Source: Takakia lepidozioides (Eukaryota; Plantae; Bryophyta). From it: a stretch of 64,000 nt of DNA. Made by a program: the position numbers and the translations under genes. Below the pieces are notes generated by a model. That model did not search any database. It was not told where the DNA came from and saw only the letters and a list, made by a program, of their open reading frames with translations. Shown here in pieces: positions 1 through 12,048 of this stretch (the stretch's first letter is position 1; each line of letters begins with the position of its first letter). The stretch spans positions 36,022,001 to 36,086,000 of the forward strand of contig CM060734.1 of NCBI GenBank assembly GCA_030704615.1, given 5' to 3'.

Positions 1-1314
1 AGCAACTGCCGATGTGGCAGCAGGAAAGTATCCAAAAACAGATAACAGAGATGAGGATCTACCAAGCATGGGTGTGGTATGAATGATTTGGAGACCTATG
101 AGCAAATGATGCACGAAGGGGTGAAGCCCAACCACATCACGTTCATTTGTGTTTGCAAGCCTGGGTGCCCTGGAAAAGGGGAAAGAGGTCCATGATGACA
201 TCGTCAAAGCTGGAATTGTACCAGATGACATTCTGAACACTGCCCTAGTGGACATGTATGCCAAATGTGGGTGTATTAAGGATGCAAAGGCAGTTTTCAA
301 CAATATGGCTGAACGAGATGTGGTGTCGTGGAGCGCGATGCTTGCAGGGTATGCACAGCAGGGACGTGGGGTGGAGGCTTTGGAGACCTATGAGCAAATG
401 ATGGGGGAAGGGGTGAAGCCCAACCACATCACGTTTGTGTGCATTTGCAATGCGTGTGCAAGCCTGGCAGCTCTGGAAAAGGGCAAAGAGGTCCATGGCG
501 ACATTGGCAGGGCTGGAATTGTACCTGATGTCATTCTGAACAATGTCCTCGTGGGACATGTATGCCAAATGTGGGAGCATCGAGGATGCAAAGGCAATGT
601 TTAACAATATGGCTGAATGAAATGTGGTGTTGTGGAATGCGATGCTTGCAGGGTATGCGCAGCAGGGGCGCGGGATGGAGGCTTTGGAGAGCTATGAGCA
701 AATGATGGTGGAAGGGGTGAAGCCCAACCACATCACGTCTGTGCATTTGCAAGCCTGGAAGCCCTGGAAAAGGGCAAAGAGGTGCATGGTTGCATCGCAA
801 AAGCAGGAATAGTACCAGATGTGATTGTCAACAATACCCTCGTGGACATGTATGCAAAATGTGGGTGCATCCAAGATGCAGAGGGAGTGTTTGGAGACCT
901 AGGAGCAAATGTTGTGCGAAGGGGCGAAGCCCAACCACATCACATTTGTTTGTGTTTGCAATGCGTGTGCAAGCCTGGGTGCTCTGGAAAAGGGGAAAGA
1001 GGTCCGTGGTGACATCGTCAAAGCTGGAATTGTACCTGATGTCATCCTGAACACTGCCCTGGTGGACATGTATGCCAAATGTGGGTGCATTAAGGATGCG
1101 AAGGGAGTTAATTTCAACACCATGGCTGAACGAGATGTGGTGTCGTGGAACGCGATGCACAGTAGGGGCGTGGGATGGAGGCTTTGGAGACCTATGAGCA
1201 AATGATGGGGGAAGGGGTGAAGCCACATCACGTTTGTGTGCGTTTGCAGTTCGTGTGCAAGCCTGACAGCCATGGAAAAGGGCAAAGAGGTGCATGGTTG
1301 CACCGCCAAAGCTG
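1..1314 (+). pseudogene. Frameshifted PLS-class PPR pseudogene (near-identical P-L-S triplets); runs off the left edge of the window
   Basis: Overlapping ORFs 149-604, 624-812, 782-1012 and 909-1205 repeat GKEVHxDIVKAGIVPD / VILNTALVDMYAKCG / VVSWxAMLAGYAQQG. Several frameshifts and stops; ends mid-L-motif at about 1314. Confidence 0.92.
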
Positions 1315-1426
1315 AAAACAATGAAATAAGGGATGTATGTATGGAGTTGACCCACCCCTTTTTGTGAAAATTGAACGTAGTTCTCAGAATTCGTCGCTAG
1401 TAGTGCGGAGCAACGCGAAGCCCTAG
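1315..1426 (+). mobile_element. Helitron-like 3' terminus, copy 1
   Basis: Matches the reverse complement of 14486-14606. Homology stops at ...GCGGAGCAACGCGAAGCCCTAG|TA, a GC-rich hairpin-forming stretch followed by CTAG and T. Confidence 0.55.
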
Positions 1427-1473
1427 TACTGAAATAAAAAAGTCCAAAGCTGAAATGCCTACTAAGATTTTTG

Positions 1474-1643
1474 GTTGTAGCCCAGTGGTAATGGGCACAT
1501 ACCAGCTCGGAAGTGGTCGTGGGTTCAATCCACCCTTGGTGTTACAAAGGTGTCCACCTTCGTAACGGAGGCAATAACCCTTCGGGGTGAAGAGACACCA
1601 TAAATTACGCTTCCTTCAGGAGGTATCAAATATTAAATATTAT
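1474..1643 (+). mobile_element. tRNA-derived SINE, copy 1
   Basis: A-box TAGCCCAGTGG, B-box GGTTCAATCC, AT-rich tail; homologous to five other copies in the window. No clear TSD. Confidence 0.8.
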
Positions 1644-2535
1644 CATGATTGGTGATACTTCTTAACAATTTGTCATCTCCAAGGAAATTTGCACCAATGA
1701 GTGTGACTCAATGTCTACATGACCTAATGATACAATAGATAAATTAGGTGATCAGATAGCAAAAAGCATGACTTACTAGTACATGTTGTCATCTATAAAA
1801 AGTGTTTCACATATGCATATTTGAGATTTAGAGGGGTTGCTCAATGAAAAATTGGAAATCAATGTACATGTTGATTAACAAACACATGGAATACATACAA
1901 GCCCTCCCCTCTTGTAATTTTTTGAGTAGGTTGTGAATTTATAAATAGAGTATCGAAGTTGTTTGCAAGTTTTTAAAGAGAACATGTTAATTACGTCGAT
2001 GCAACAAAACGTCAATCTCATAACAAATGAGAATATATTTTGTAGATGTTATGTCATTTGAATTAAAGTTCATAATCATGCATGATTTATTTTGTAGATG
2101 TTATGTCATTTGAATTACAGTTTATAATCATGCATGATTTATTAGGTAGTGAAATTGTCATTGCAAGCTTCAAGCTTTGAAAATATATGTGTCTGCTCAA
2201 TACTTTACTAGTAGTGGGCATTAAACATAAATAATTTTTCAGAGCTGAAGTTTTTGCTTTGTCACTTCAGCAAATACCAAGTGACCTTTCCTGATTGTTC
2301 ATTAGTCATGATCAATATATAAACATATCATACTAGCTGATGATCCCAGATATGGAAATACTAAACATGGAAGAGGTCTCTACAATGGAATGCATTACCA
2401 AAGTTGAAACAAACTATATATACTCTATTTTTATGCATATGAACAAAAAAAACTAAAAACCTATCAAATGAAAGTAAGTAACTTGACCCTTTAATTAAGT
2501 TGCATTGGCATGACATAACATATAACGTGAAAGCA

Positions 2536-2634
2536 TATAGGGCCCACCCCCGAAAGGGGCAGTTGCCGCAAGGTGAAGTGGCTCTTAGTTACGCCGGTTT
2601 AGGCCGGAGTCTTCTCTCTCTCTCTCTCTCTCTC
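2536..2634 (+). mobile_element. Short 5'-truncated non-LTR retroposon 3' end with (CT)n tail
   Basis: Perfect 13-bp TSD TAACGTGAAAGCA at 2523-2535 and 2635-2647; structured body and microsatellite tail. Confidence 0.75.
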
Positions 2635-5600
2635 TAACGTGAAAGCAAGTCTCCAAAGATATTTCTTTGTACCTTTGACATAGCAAGGACCTGCACGGCT
2701 TCAATGTATTGGTACTTGTTGAAACAGGTCACGGGCCAGCGTTACAGGCTATCAGTGACGGGTCTTAAAATGCAGCATGCATTAATCTCATTACTAATGC
2801 ACCTACATGTTGGCACACCCCTCGTAGTTAACCCCTAAACGCCCTTAGGGCCCAAAATGGGCCAAAGTGGTTGCTTATACAGGTGTAATTTCCGCATATG
2901 TTATCCAAATCCAATTTTTTTTGGGTCGTGCACAGGTTGCAAAGCGATTGGGTAGATTCAAAGGGACGACGCAAATTTAGGGTTTGCAGTGACAAAGGGT
3001 CTTGAGGGGGCGACTCCCACTTGTCATTATCATGACTTTCATTGTCTTCCCGCGGTTTCCTCTCTCTCTCTCACGTAGCTTCGCACGCGTTCCTTAATGC
3101 TATTCATTGCATGTTCCCGTTGCCTTGTGATTGCTTTACAAGTTGTCGTTTGCTTTCTGATTTTGCTGTTGTTCCCGTTGCGGTCGGCTTGTCTTGCACC
3201 TTCATTGTTGTTGTGTTGAAGGAGATCAGCTGTGCACTCTTGTTCATAGCTTCCATTTGTCTTGTCATGTCCTTCTCTTGCCTTGCCATTGTCTTACAGC
3301 CATCGCCTCACTTGCATGTCTAAGTCATTTATGCTTAGCGGGACTTAATAAGCTTGCTCCTTGAAGCTCTATAGCCTGCGCATTTGGGCACCTTGTCTGC
3401 TTGGATTCAATCAAGAAGGCGTTTGCTATCAATGTGTTGTTATGGCAACTTTTTCAAACGATCCTCCCCCTGCTCGGACGAAACACCTAGCTATTTAGGA
3501 GGCTCTTGCAATTGCTGAATGGGTGAGGGGCCTAGGTGCCAGTGAGGAGCAAGTAGCTCAACTCATCAGGGCTCTAAACAAAGGGTATCATTTAGTGCAG
3601 ATGAAACGTCCAGCTTGAATCACTTGGTTTGCTATGCCAGCTAATTTTCATTATTTGTGGCGTCGGCAAGTAGCTGAAATCCTCGAGTGGGTTGAACGGA
3701 AGGAGAAAGGCTTCTCTTCCCATATCAATGAGCTATTAAACGAGTCAATGTGGCCCGATTATGCAGAGTCATCTACAAGTAGTCACCATGAGGCTGAAAG
3801 TTTTGGTAAGGTCACTAAGTAAGTCCAATTCCCAACCTGCATTTTGTTTTGAAGAAAAATCAATCGACCAAACCCCTGCCTCATACTCGTTGAAAAGCTC
3901 TTAGGTTGTGCATCGTGACTTGGCTAGGCCATATCCAAAACCTTCAAGAATTGGGGGTGATTGGGCAAATTGTCAAGATGAGGTTTCGGGATTTGCAATT
4001 GCCGAATGGAGCAATATCGTCCTCCATCCCCCCTGTGTGGACCGTGTATGCATGCACTATTTATTAGGTCCACATGAAGCATTTTGGCTGGGATATTTGA
4101 GCTTTGACTCATATCATTTTTTGCTCCTGTGGACGTGCATCTCAGTGAATTGTCAGACATAAATAATGAATTGTCTTGTTCAGTAGAAGATATAGTTGGC
4201 ATGGATCCCAATGTTGTGAATTCAGAATCTGAGAGGTCAGACTATGATGATTCGGATTCAGATTTTGATTTGTAAGAGGAGGTAAGAACTAACCTTGACT
4301 CTGTTGTTGATCCTGATCTGTATGAATTCTGTGTGGATACTGGAAACCCCAATCATGAACTCTGAGTCTACGACTTGACAAAGAAAAACATCTCTTGGGG
4401 GGGGTCACTCCCGGTATTTTCAAAACCACGTGAGAACTAATATAGAGTGCAGTTTATTCTCTTGAGGTAAATTTTAGAAAAAAATTACTTAAACAATACG
4501 GTAGGGCAATATCCTTTCACCCAATTTCTTAAAAAAATGGGTCACAAAAAATCTAGAGTTTTACTTAAAAAGTTAATGTAATAAAAGGTTTTATCTATAG
4601 TATAATGTATCCATCCCTCATATTTCATCCATAGTACAAAATATTCGAAGGAAAGTTGGCTCTAAATGAGGAATATCAAGGCAGCATTTTGATTTGATGA
4701 ATAAGCCTGCTCTATCCAAATCTGGGGGTCCTTCCATTATGGTGTTTTTGAATTGGTTCTCTAGAGGTAGAGGTCACCTGAAGTTCAAATATGATTCCAC
4801 TAATACACAGTGGATTGATGTTGAGACCATAATGTCAACAATGACTATGACATTTGAACCATCTTAGAACTTGTACTCTTTAGATCCAAGTGATGTTGCG
4901 AATGAGTTCGTGGCTAATGAAAATTAAACTTTTCTTTGGGTTCGGCATTTGACTTATGTGTGGAATGTTGTTTGTGTACATGCTTTGAAATTTTGTAATT
5001 ATTTAAAAAGATAATTTAAAATAGGATCTAATTAATTGTTGTGAAAACAAATTATAAAGAAAAATAGGGTATTAAGAAACAAAGGGTTTTACAATATTAC
5101 CTAAAGATAGGGTGGAAAAAAATGCAAAATTTTAAAAATATAGCCTAGTATAAATATACCTTTGTACGCACGTGATATGGAAAAAATACATAGAGTGACC
5201 CCTCGTGAGACATCTATGCAACTGACACAGTGAAACCATATGGGCACGGGATTTTTTAGTTGTTTGGATTTGGGCAAAGAAAAAGGAAAGATGGAGGCTG
5301 CAATGACGTATTCATATTGCAAGATAGCTGCTTTAGCATGGTTTGAGACAAGAAATGTGTTCACTTACTATCTACTGATGTCAGACCTTTTGATCTGGAT
5401 TGTCTTATTACATGGTGGCACGATGGGGCTTACCGCCTTGTGTCACCTTCCCCGTGGTGAAACACTACAAAGAACATATGAGGGGGGTGGATGTGGCGTA
5501 GGACTAGTTATCTGGGTATTATAGTGTACAAACCCGTAATCACAAATGGTGGCATAGGCTGTACTTTCATTCTGTTGACACCAGTTTGGTGAATCCCTAT

Positions 5601-6850
5601 ATCTTGTACCAACAATTCGTGGCAGCAAGGGGTCGCACCTCTTGGTCACATCTGCTTTTCAATTTAGAAGTTGCTAATGGATTGATTGGTGGGTGGGTTG
5701 GTCCAAGGAGAACAGTCATGCTTGCAGGGGCGTGTGTACCGAACCCCGGGGCACTCTACTTCTCCATGAAAAGTAGTAGGACAAGGAAGTGTGTTTTTGG
5801 GGTACTGCAAGGTAAATGTACTTTTCCTCTGTATGTGGAGATGTCTCATTTTGTTTGGGGGCAATATTGTCAAGCATCACAGTGGATCGTGATGTATACG
5901 AGCCTTCTTTTAGTGATCTCACCTCTTGCCTGTCGCATTCAGCTTGAGGACATCCCTGAAGTAATCTGCTGATTTCTGCCCCCCTCTATTTCTTTTCCCT
6001 TCTACTGTTGTGGTGTCAATGTGTTTATGTTTGAATAGTGTGGTTTGCCTAGGTGTTAATTGCTATATGCTTTTGTTGGCTTTGAAGAAGACTTATTAGA
6101 AGGGTAGACCATAAGGTTATTTTGAACAGAGCTACAGTTGGTAGAGAGTTGTTTGGATAGTACATTAGAAGATATATGCAATTGTCGATTTTGGGAATTG
6201 GTTTGGGGTTGGGTTCCTGGATTCTAGTTTTTTGTTGGCTAATATGTATGACTTGTTGTTGTGGTTTGTATATAGATTGTTGCATGTAGTATGTATATAG
6301 GTTGTTGCATTGTGGTAGAGAGTCTGGTTTAGGCTAATATAGTTAGTGTAGTCCTCTATCCAAGCAAGTCGGGTATAGATGAGGGGAAAGAGTAGCTCCC
6401 CCCCTTATGTGCATGTATGGGCCGCTGCAAGAGGCAGTAGATCAATGGGTTCAAATCCCATCCATGCAATTTTGTTTGTAGGTGTGGGTGACAAGGACAT
6501 TATAGAGAGACACAAGTCTTGTTAGAGTCAGTTGCTGGTAACAAGAGAGAGAGATTCTGGTGAGAGTTCCATTGCTAGATAGAATAGAGAGAGACTCATG
6601 TGAGAGTACCATTGCTGGAAATGAGAGAGACAATGCCTTTAAATTGATATATCGCCTGATTTCTCCTACATAATGTCTTCTTGACAAGAGTTACAAAAGT
6701 GTCAAACCCCATCGCTCCACAATTGACATGAGATAACACACAGATAATGGAATGTCAGGAGACGTCTAATAGTGTAAGAGGAGGAAAAAATAGACATCAT
6801 AATACACCAGATAAGCACCCCAGAACAATGTCATTATTATTAGTCATCAC

Positions 6851-7191
6851 TGTAGTTGGAATTACGACGTATAGAGTACGGTATGAGGTTGTGTCACTTA
6901 TACTTTGAATCTGGTTGTTGTAGCTTCTTGGTACAGGGGAGGGGATTGTTAGTGAGTGATCAGTCTTCTTGGCTTTGGAAACCCTTGCTGGTATATAATG
7001 TAAATCCATGCCAATGGGTAGCTAGCTATATATAGTGCAAGAGTTAGTTGAGGCTCATGGCATGAGCCACAATGCAATTTGAGTGTGTATGTGTGATCAC
7101 GTGATCAATGATAAATCTGATTCCCTTATATTCATATACAGGAAGAGTGTAGTGTGATTTGTGCATGAGTAAACAGCCGAGAGTTTCAATA
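6851..7191 (+). repeat. Copia 5' LTR
   Basis: Starts TGTAGTTGG; ends TTTCAATA (CA mutated to TA); homologous to 11748-12048. Confidence 0.93.
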
Positions 7192-7467
7192 GGTTATGGG
7201 CCCACTTATCACTTTCATGAAAGTTGTGTCGTGATAAGAAGTGATAAGAACATCGACTCCGTGTCTACAAAGTTTGAGTCAAGGAAGTCGTCGTACTTGT
7301 GTCTGTGAGGTTAGGTTGTCATACCTGAATGTATGAGAAGTCAAGTTGCCACACTTGCACTGTGAGGAGTCAAGCTGTCACGCTTATGTAAGTTATTTTC
7401 TGTTTGAGTTCTGCAAGTCGAGTGAAGACAAAAAAAAATTTTGGAGAGAGAAATTTTTTCAGTCATG

Positions 7468-10400
7468 GGAGAATCAAAGGAGCTTGGAAACATTCGTATG
7501 TTCACAGGGCATAATTTCCACATGTGGAAGTTTCAAATGACGGCTCTGTTTCGAGGAAGGGAACTGATGGACGTGATTGACGATACCAGTGTGAAGCCTA
7601 CATCCTCGAATGCTGAGGGTCTTGGCCTATGGATCACGAAAGACAATCAAGTTGTGAGCTTGTTATGCTAAGCCGTGGATGAGAAGAGCATGAAGGGTTT
7701 TATGGGTAGCAAGACATCAAAGGAAATCTGGGACAATCTGCAAGAGGCGCTGCATGACCAACATTCCCAAGAAAGTGTGCACCACATCCAGCAACGGTTT
7801 TTTGATATCACCATGGAGGAAGACGACACCTTGCTAAGTTCTTTGGCAAAATTCAAGAAGCACGATGTGAGGTCCAACCTTGGTGATAACACCTTCACTG
7901 ACAAGACCGTGATGGCGAATATACTCAGGGCTCCAATTGCCAGGATATTATGGACCGTTCCAGTCGTCGTGGGATCAAAACGTGCCTGCAGCCGAGAGAA
8001 CAATCAGTGCCATGACTGGGCGTCTGATTAGAGAAGAATCACGAATGCACGATATTGCAGTTAGGACAGGAAGCAAGAATGGAGGTGCCACAACTTATGC
8101 TGCCATGTTCAAAACCGAAATCTGGATTGTCCACTGGATGACCTTCGCTCACCCCGGAGCAGCGGGAGCAGAGAAGAAAAGAGATTGCTGAACGGAAGAA
8201 GAATACCACTTGCTTTAATTGTGGCGAGCCTGGCCATTGGTCACGAGAGTGTCGCAATGAGAAGAAGACTCATGAAAAGGCAGAAGAGTCAAAGGGTGCG
8301 TCAACTGTGAAAACTCACCGAGCTTTCAGGCCCTGGGGTGTGCTCATATAACTGGTACATGGACAGTTGTTGCTCGCAACACATGAGTCAAAATCGAGAG
8401 TGGTTTTCCACGTACCAAAATATATCAGGTGACAAGCAGTCAGTTGAAGGAATTGGAGGGGTCATCCTGTACGCTCAAGGAATAAGCAACATTGTATTCA
8501 AGACCTGTATAAATGGGATCGAGAATATTGGCGTTCTGAAGGATGTTGTGCATGTTCCTCAACTTGGAAGAAACCTATTCTCTACATCACAAAGAGTCCA
8601 ACGTGGAATAAACACACTGCACACAGCTGGAGGGTGTAGTCTTATTTGCTAAGGATGAAGTTGTCATGAAGGGCGTTGAAGAATATGGAGTATACAAGCT
8701 CCTCATGACGGTTGTGCTTCCTTCGAGCTCCAGTCAGCAGTATGCCTTCTCTGCCAGCGTCATTGGAATCCAAAGCAAGAAGGAAAGCACGCAAACACTT
8801 GATACCTAGCACAGACAACTTGGTCATTTTCACCACAATATGATCAAACACATGGAGTCTCGTGATATGGTTGATGGTCTGATCATCAGTGGGAGAACTG
8901 AGCAGCCTCAAACTAGGTCAAGCATAACTGCAAGTGGGGTAAGGCTGTTAGCTGTTTAGAAATTTTGAACATATTTGTGAATTTTTTTTCCTACTTTGCA
9001 AAGGGTTCAAAAAACTTTTCATCATGGTCGCAAAAATATTCATCGGCTGTGCCTACGGAAAGAGTCACCGAGCACCATTTCCATGGACTGACGAGCGGGA
9101 AAAGAGTAAAGCCATTGGTGATCTCATTCATTGTGACCTATGCGGCCCTATCAATGTCGCCACGGTCGGAGGAGCAAGGTACTTTGCTCTCTTTAAGGAT
9201 GATTACTCTAGTTTTCGAGTTATATTTTGTATCAAACGAAAAACAACTGCTTTGGCATGCTTGCAATGCTTCTTGCAGGGCCAGATGCACCAAGAGAATG
9301 GGCATCATCTCAAGATTTTGAGATCTAATCGAGAACCGAGTTCTGCAATGAGCAGTTTGAGCGATACCTGGACACTAAAAATGCCAAGCACAAGAAGACA
9401 TGTGCATTCATGCCAGAACAGAATGGGGTTGTGGAGAGGGACAATTGGACCATTCTTGAGTCCGCAAGAAGCATGATTCATGTGAGCAATGTTCACCCTC
9501 ATTTTTTGGGAGAAGCGGTCCATACGGCTGTGTATTTGCTCAACAGAACTGGGTCTCGTTTATTTTGAGTCAACCACACCATACCAGCCCTGGTACAGAG
9601 AAAACCATCGGTGGGTCACGTTCGCATTTTCGGATCAAGTGCTTATGTGCATATCCCGGACGAGCAACGTAAGAAGCTGGACTGTAGAGCAAGCATTGCA
9701 TTCTATAGTGAAATGAGTAAGGCATATCGCCTTTGGGATAATGAATCTCGCCGCATCGTTGAAAGCTGTCATGTAATTTTTGACGAGAAGAGCGTCTCCA
9801 TGCGAGACAATGCATGCGAACTTGACTCTTCGATAGTCCAGTTGAGCGGACTTGTTTTCGAACAACAACTAGTGGGAGGCGCGATCATGGGCACAGTGGG
9901 AGACTATCTGCCACATGACGTAGCAAAGGAGGAACAGCTTGCAGTGGTTGTTAAACCTGCAGTTTTTGATCTCCCAGACAGCCCTGAGCATATCACGCCA
10001 CCGGAGGTTACCACATCTGATGCAGATGAAGCGCCAGCAAACATTGTGCCCAATGATGATGGCCTCGTGAGCAATAGCGGTTGTGTTTCCCAACCTGCTC
10101 TTTTCGATGGTAGTGTCACCCGCAACCTCCACCCACCCACACGTTACGGCGACTGGGCCGTCCCTATTGAAAAAGGCAGTTACACATGCAACATTGCCAC
10201 CGGTCGCATCAACGTACCGGATGAGCCTACCCACATCGATGCAGCAGTCACGTCTCTTGAGAGCAAGGAGTGGATCAGCGCCATGCAAGAAGAATATGAT
10301 TCCTTAATTGCTAATGACACTTGGGTACATCAAGATTTGCCCAAAGGATGCAAGGTGGTACGTTCAAAGTGGGTGTATAAGGTTAAATTGGCCGTTGATG

Positions 10401-11745
10401 GGACTGTGGCACGCTTTAAGGCTCGTCTCATTGCAAAGGGTTTCACAGAAAAGGAGGGGATGGATTATACGGAAACATATAACCCTGTGGTCAAGTTTGA
10501 TTCAATCTGTACCATCCTCTCTTGGCTGCTGCAGCGTTCTTGTACGAAGAGATAATGGATGAGGAAATTTACTTGGAGCAGCCAGCCGGTTTCATAGATG
10601 AAGACAACAAATATGCCGCTTGAAGAAGGCCCTCTATGGGCTCAAGAAATCTTCACGTGTGTGGAACCAAAAATTCAACGGTTTTCTCACTAATCATCAA
10701 TTTGTTCCCTGCACCGCTGATCAATGTGTATATGTGAGTCATACCGACCCTTGCTTGATTCTTTGCATTTTTGTCGATGACGGCCTTCCATGCAGCGTCC
10801 AGAATGGCCTCATTGTCCACGTCTTAGGTGAAATGAGGGAAGCCTTCAGCATCACAGAGGGCCATCTTGAGATTTACGTTGGATTGAATATCCATCGTGA
10901 CCATTTCACTCGCACCATTTGCATTGATCAACATCGATATATTGAACGTGTTCTTGCCAAATTTGGTTTTGAAGACTCCGCCCCGGTTGCCATTCCCGTT
11001 GATCCAAACGGTTGCATGGAGCTTGTCTCCAGCGAAGGAGAGCCAGATGATGAGTTTCCTTACTGGTCTTGTGTTGGCAATCTGATGTGGGCGAGCCAAG
11101 GCACTTGTGTCGACGTCACTTATTCAGTTGGACATGCTGCGAAGTTTTGCAAGTCCCCAAAGGTCCCTCACGCTGGTGCACTTCGACATGTGATGAAGTA
11201 TCTTCGCAAAACGCGCATCACCTATAGTGCTCCCGGAACCAATGCAAATCAGCTTGTGGCCTATTGTGATGCCGACTATGCAACCGACTTGGATGACAAA
11301 AAATCACGCTCTGGCTATGTTCTTATGCTCAACGGAGGACCTGTGGCATGGGGAAGCCGCAAACAAACATGTACTGCAAGTACTAGTACTACCGAAGCTG
11401 AGTACATTGCCGCTCATCTTGCAAGCCAAAACATCATCTGGTTACGCAGATTTTTGCATGATTTGCGTTTTCTCCTTGGAAGCAAGACCGACCATCCTGT
11501 ACAGTGATAACCAAGCAGCCATTCGGCTTGTTCGTAATCCTCAGTTTCACTGGCGCATAAAACATATTGACGTTAAGTTCCACAAGATTCGTGAAGCCGA
11601 GACAACCAACGAGTCACTTACATTTCAACTGCTGATCAAGTTGCTGACGTTCTTACAAAAGCGCTACCTCATGACAAATTCAATCGCATGAAGATGTTGC
11701 TGGGTCTCTTGGAGCCACCTTGTCTCCAACCTCATCCCGAGTGGG
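7468..11745 (+). pseudogene. Copia gag-pol pseudogene
   Basis: ORF fragments 7441-7671 (gag), 8338-8652 (protease), 9024-9476 (integrase), 9611-10555 and 10620-11507 (RT/RNase H). Confidence 0.92.
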
Positions 11746-11747
11746 AG

Positions 11748-12048
11748 TGTAGTTGGAAATACGACGTATAGAGTATGGTATGAGGTTGTGTCACTTATAC
11801 TTTGAATCTTGTTGTTGTAGCTTCTTGGTACAGGGGAGTCCCGGATCGTTAGCGAGTAAATCCATGACAATGGATAGCTAGCTGTATGTAGTGCAAGAGT
11901 TAGCTGAGGCTCATGGCATGAGCCGCAATGCAGTTTGAGTGTGTATGTGTGATCACGTGATCAATGATAAATCTGATTCCCTTATATTCATATACCCGAA
12001 GAGTGTAGTGTGATTTGTGCATGAGTAAACAGTCAAGAGTTTTCAACA
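11748..12048 (+). repeat. Copia 3' LTR
   Basis: TGTAG...CAACA; lacks an internal segment of about 45 bp present in the 5' LTR. Confidence 0.93.

Larger units (their letters stand above)
6851..12048 (+). mobile_element. Full-length decayed Ty1/Copia LTR retrotransposon
   Basis: LTRs at 6851-7191 and 11748-12048; 5-bp TSD ATCAC at 6846-6850 and 12049-12053; PBS GGTTATGGGCCCA at 7192-7204; PPT GAGTGGGAG at 11739-11747. Gag-PR-INT-RT-RH order: CFNCGEPGHWSREC knuckle, WYMDSCCSQHM, LIHCDLCGP, FVDD, YCDADYA. Many stops and frameshifts. Confidence 0.96.

Noticed and set aside
1474-1560. SINE heads as real tRNA genes
   Set aside because: No complete cloverleaf seen, and the copies have a non-tRNA body, tails and TSDs.
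2536-2634. Hammerhead ribozyme
   Set aside because: The three-way junction lacks the CUGANGA/GAAA catalytic core.
1700-5260. Possible transposase relics (DDPRYG-like at about 2340; LKFKYDSTNTQWIDVE at about 4780)
   Set aside because: Too degraded to assign without a profile search, and no termini found.
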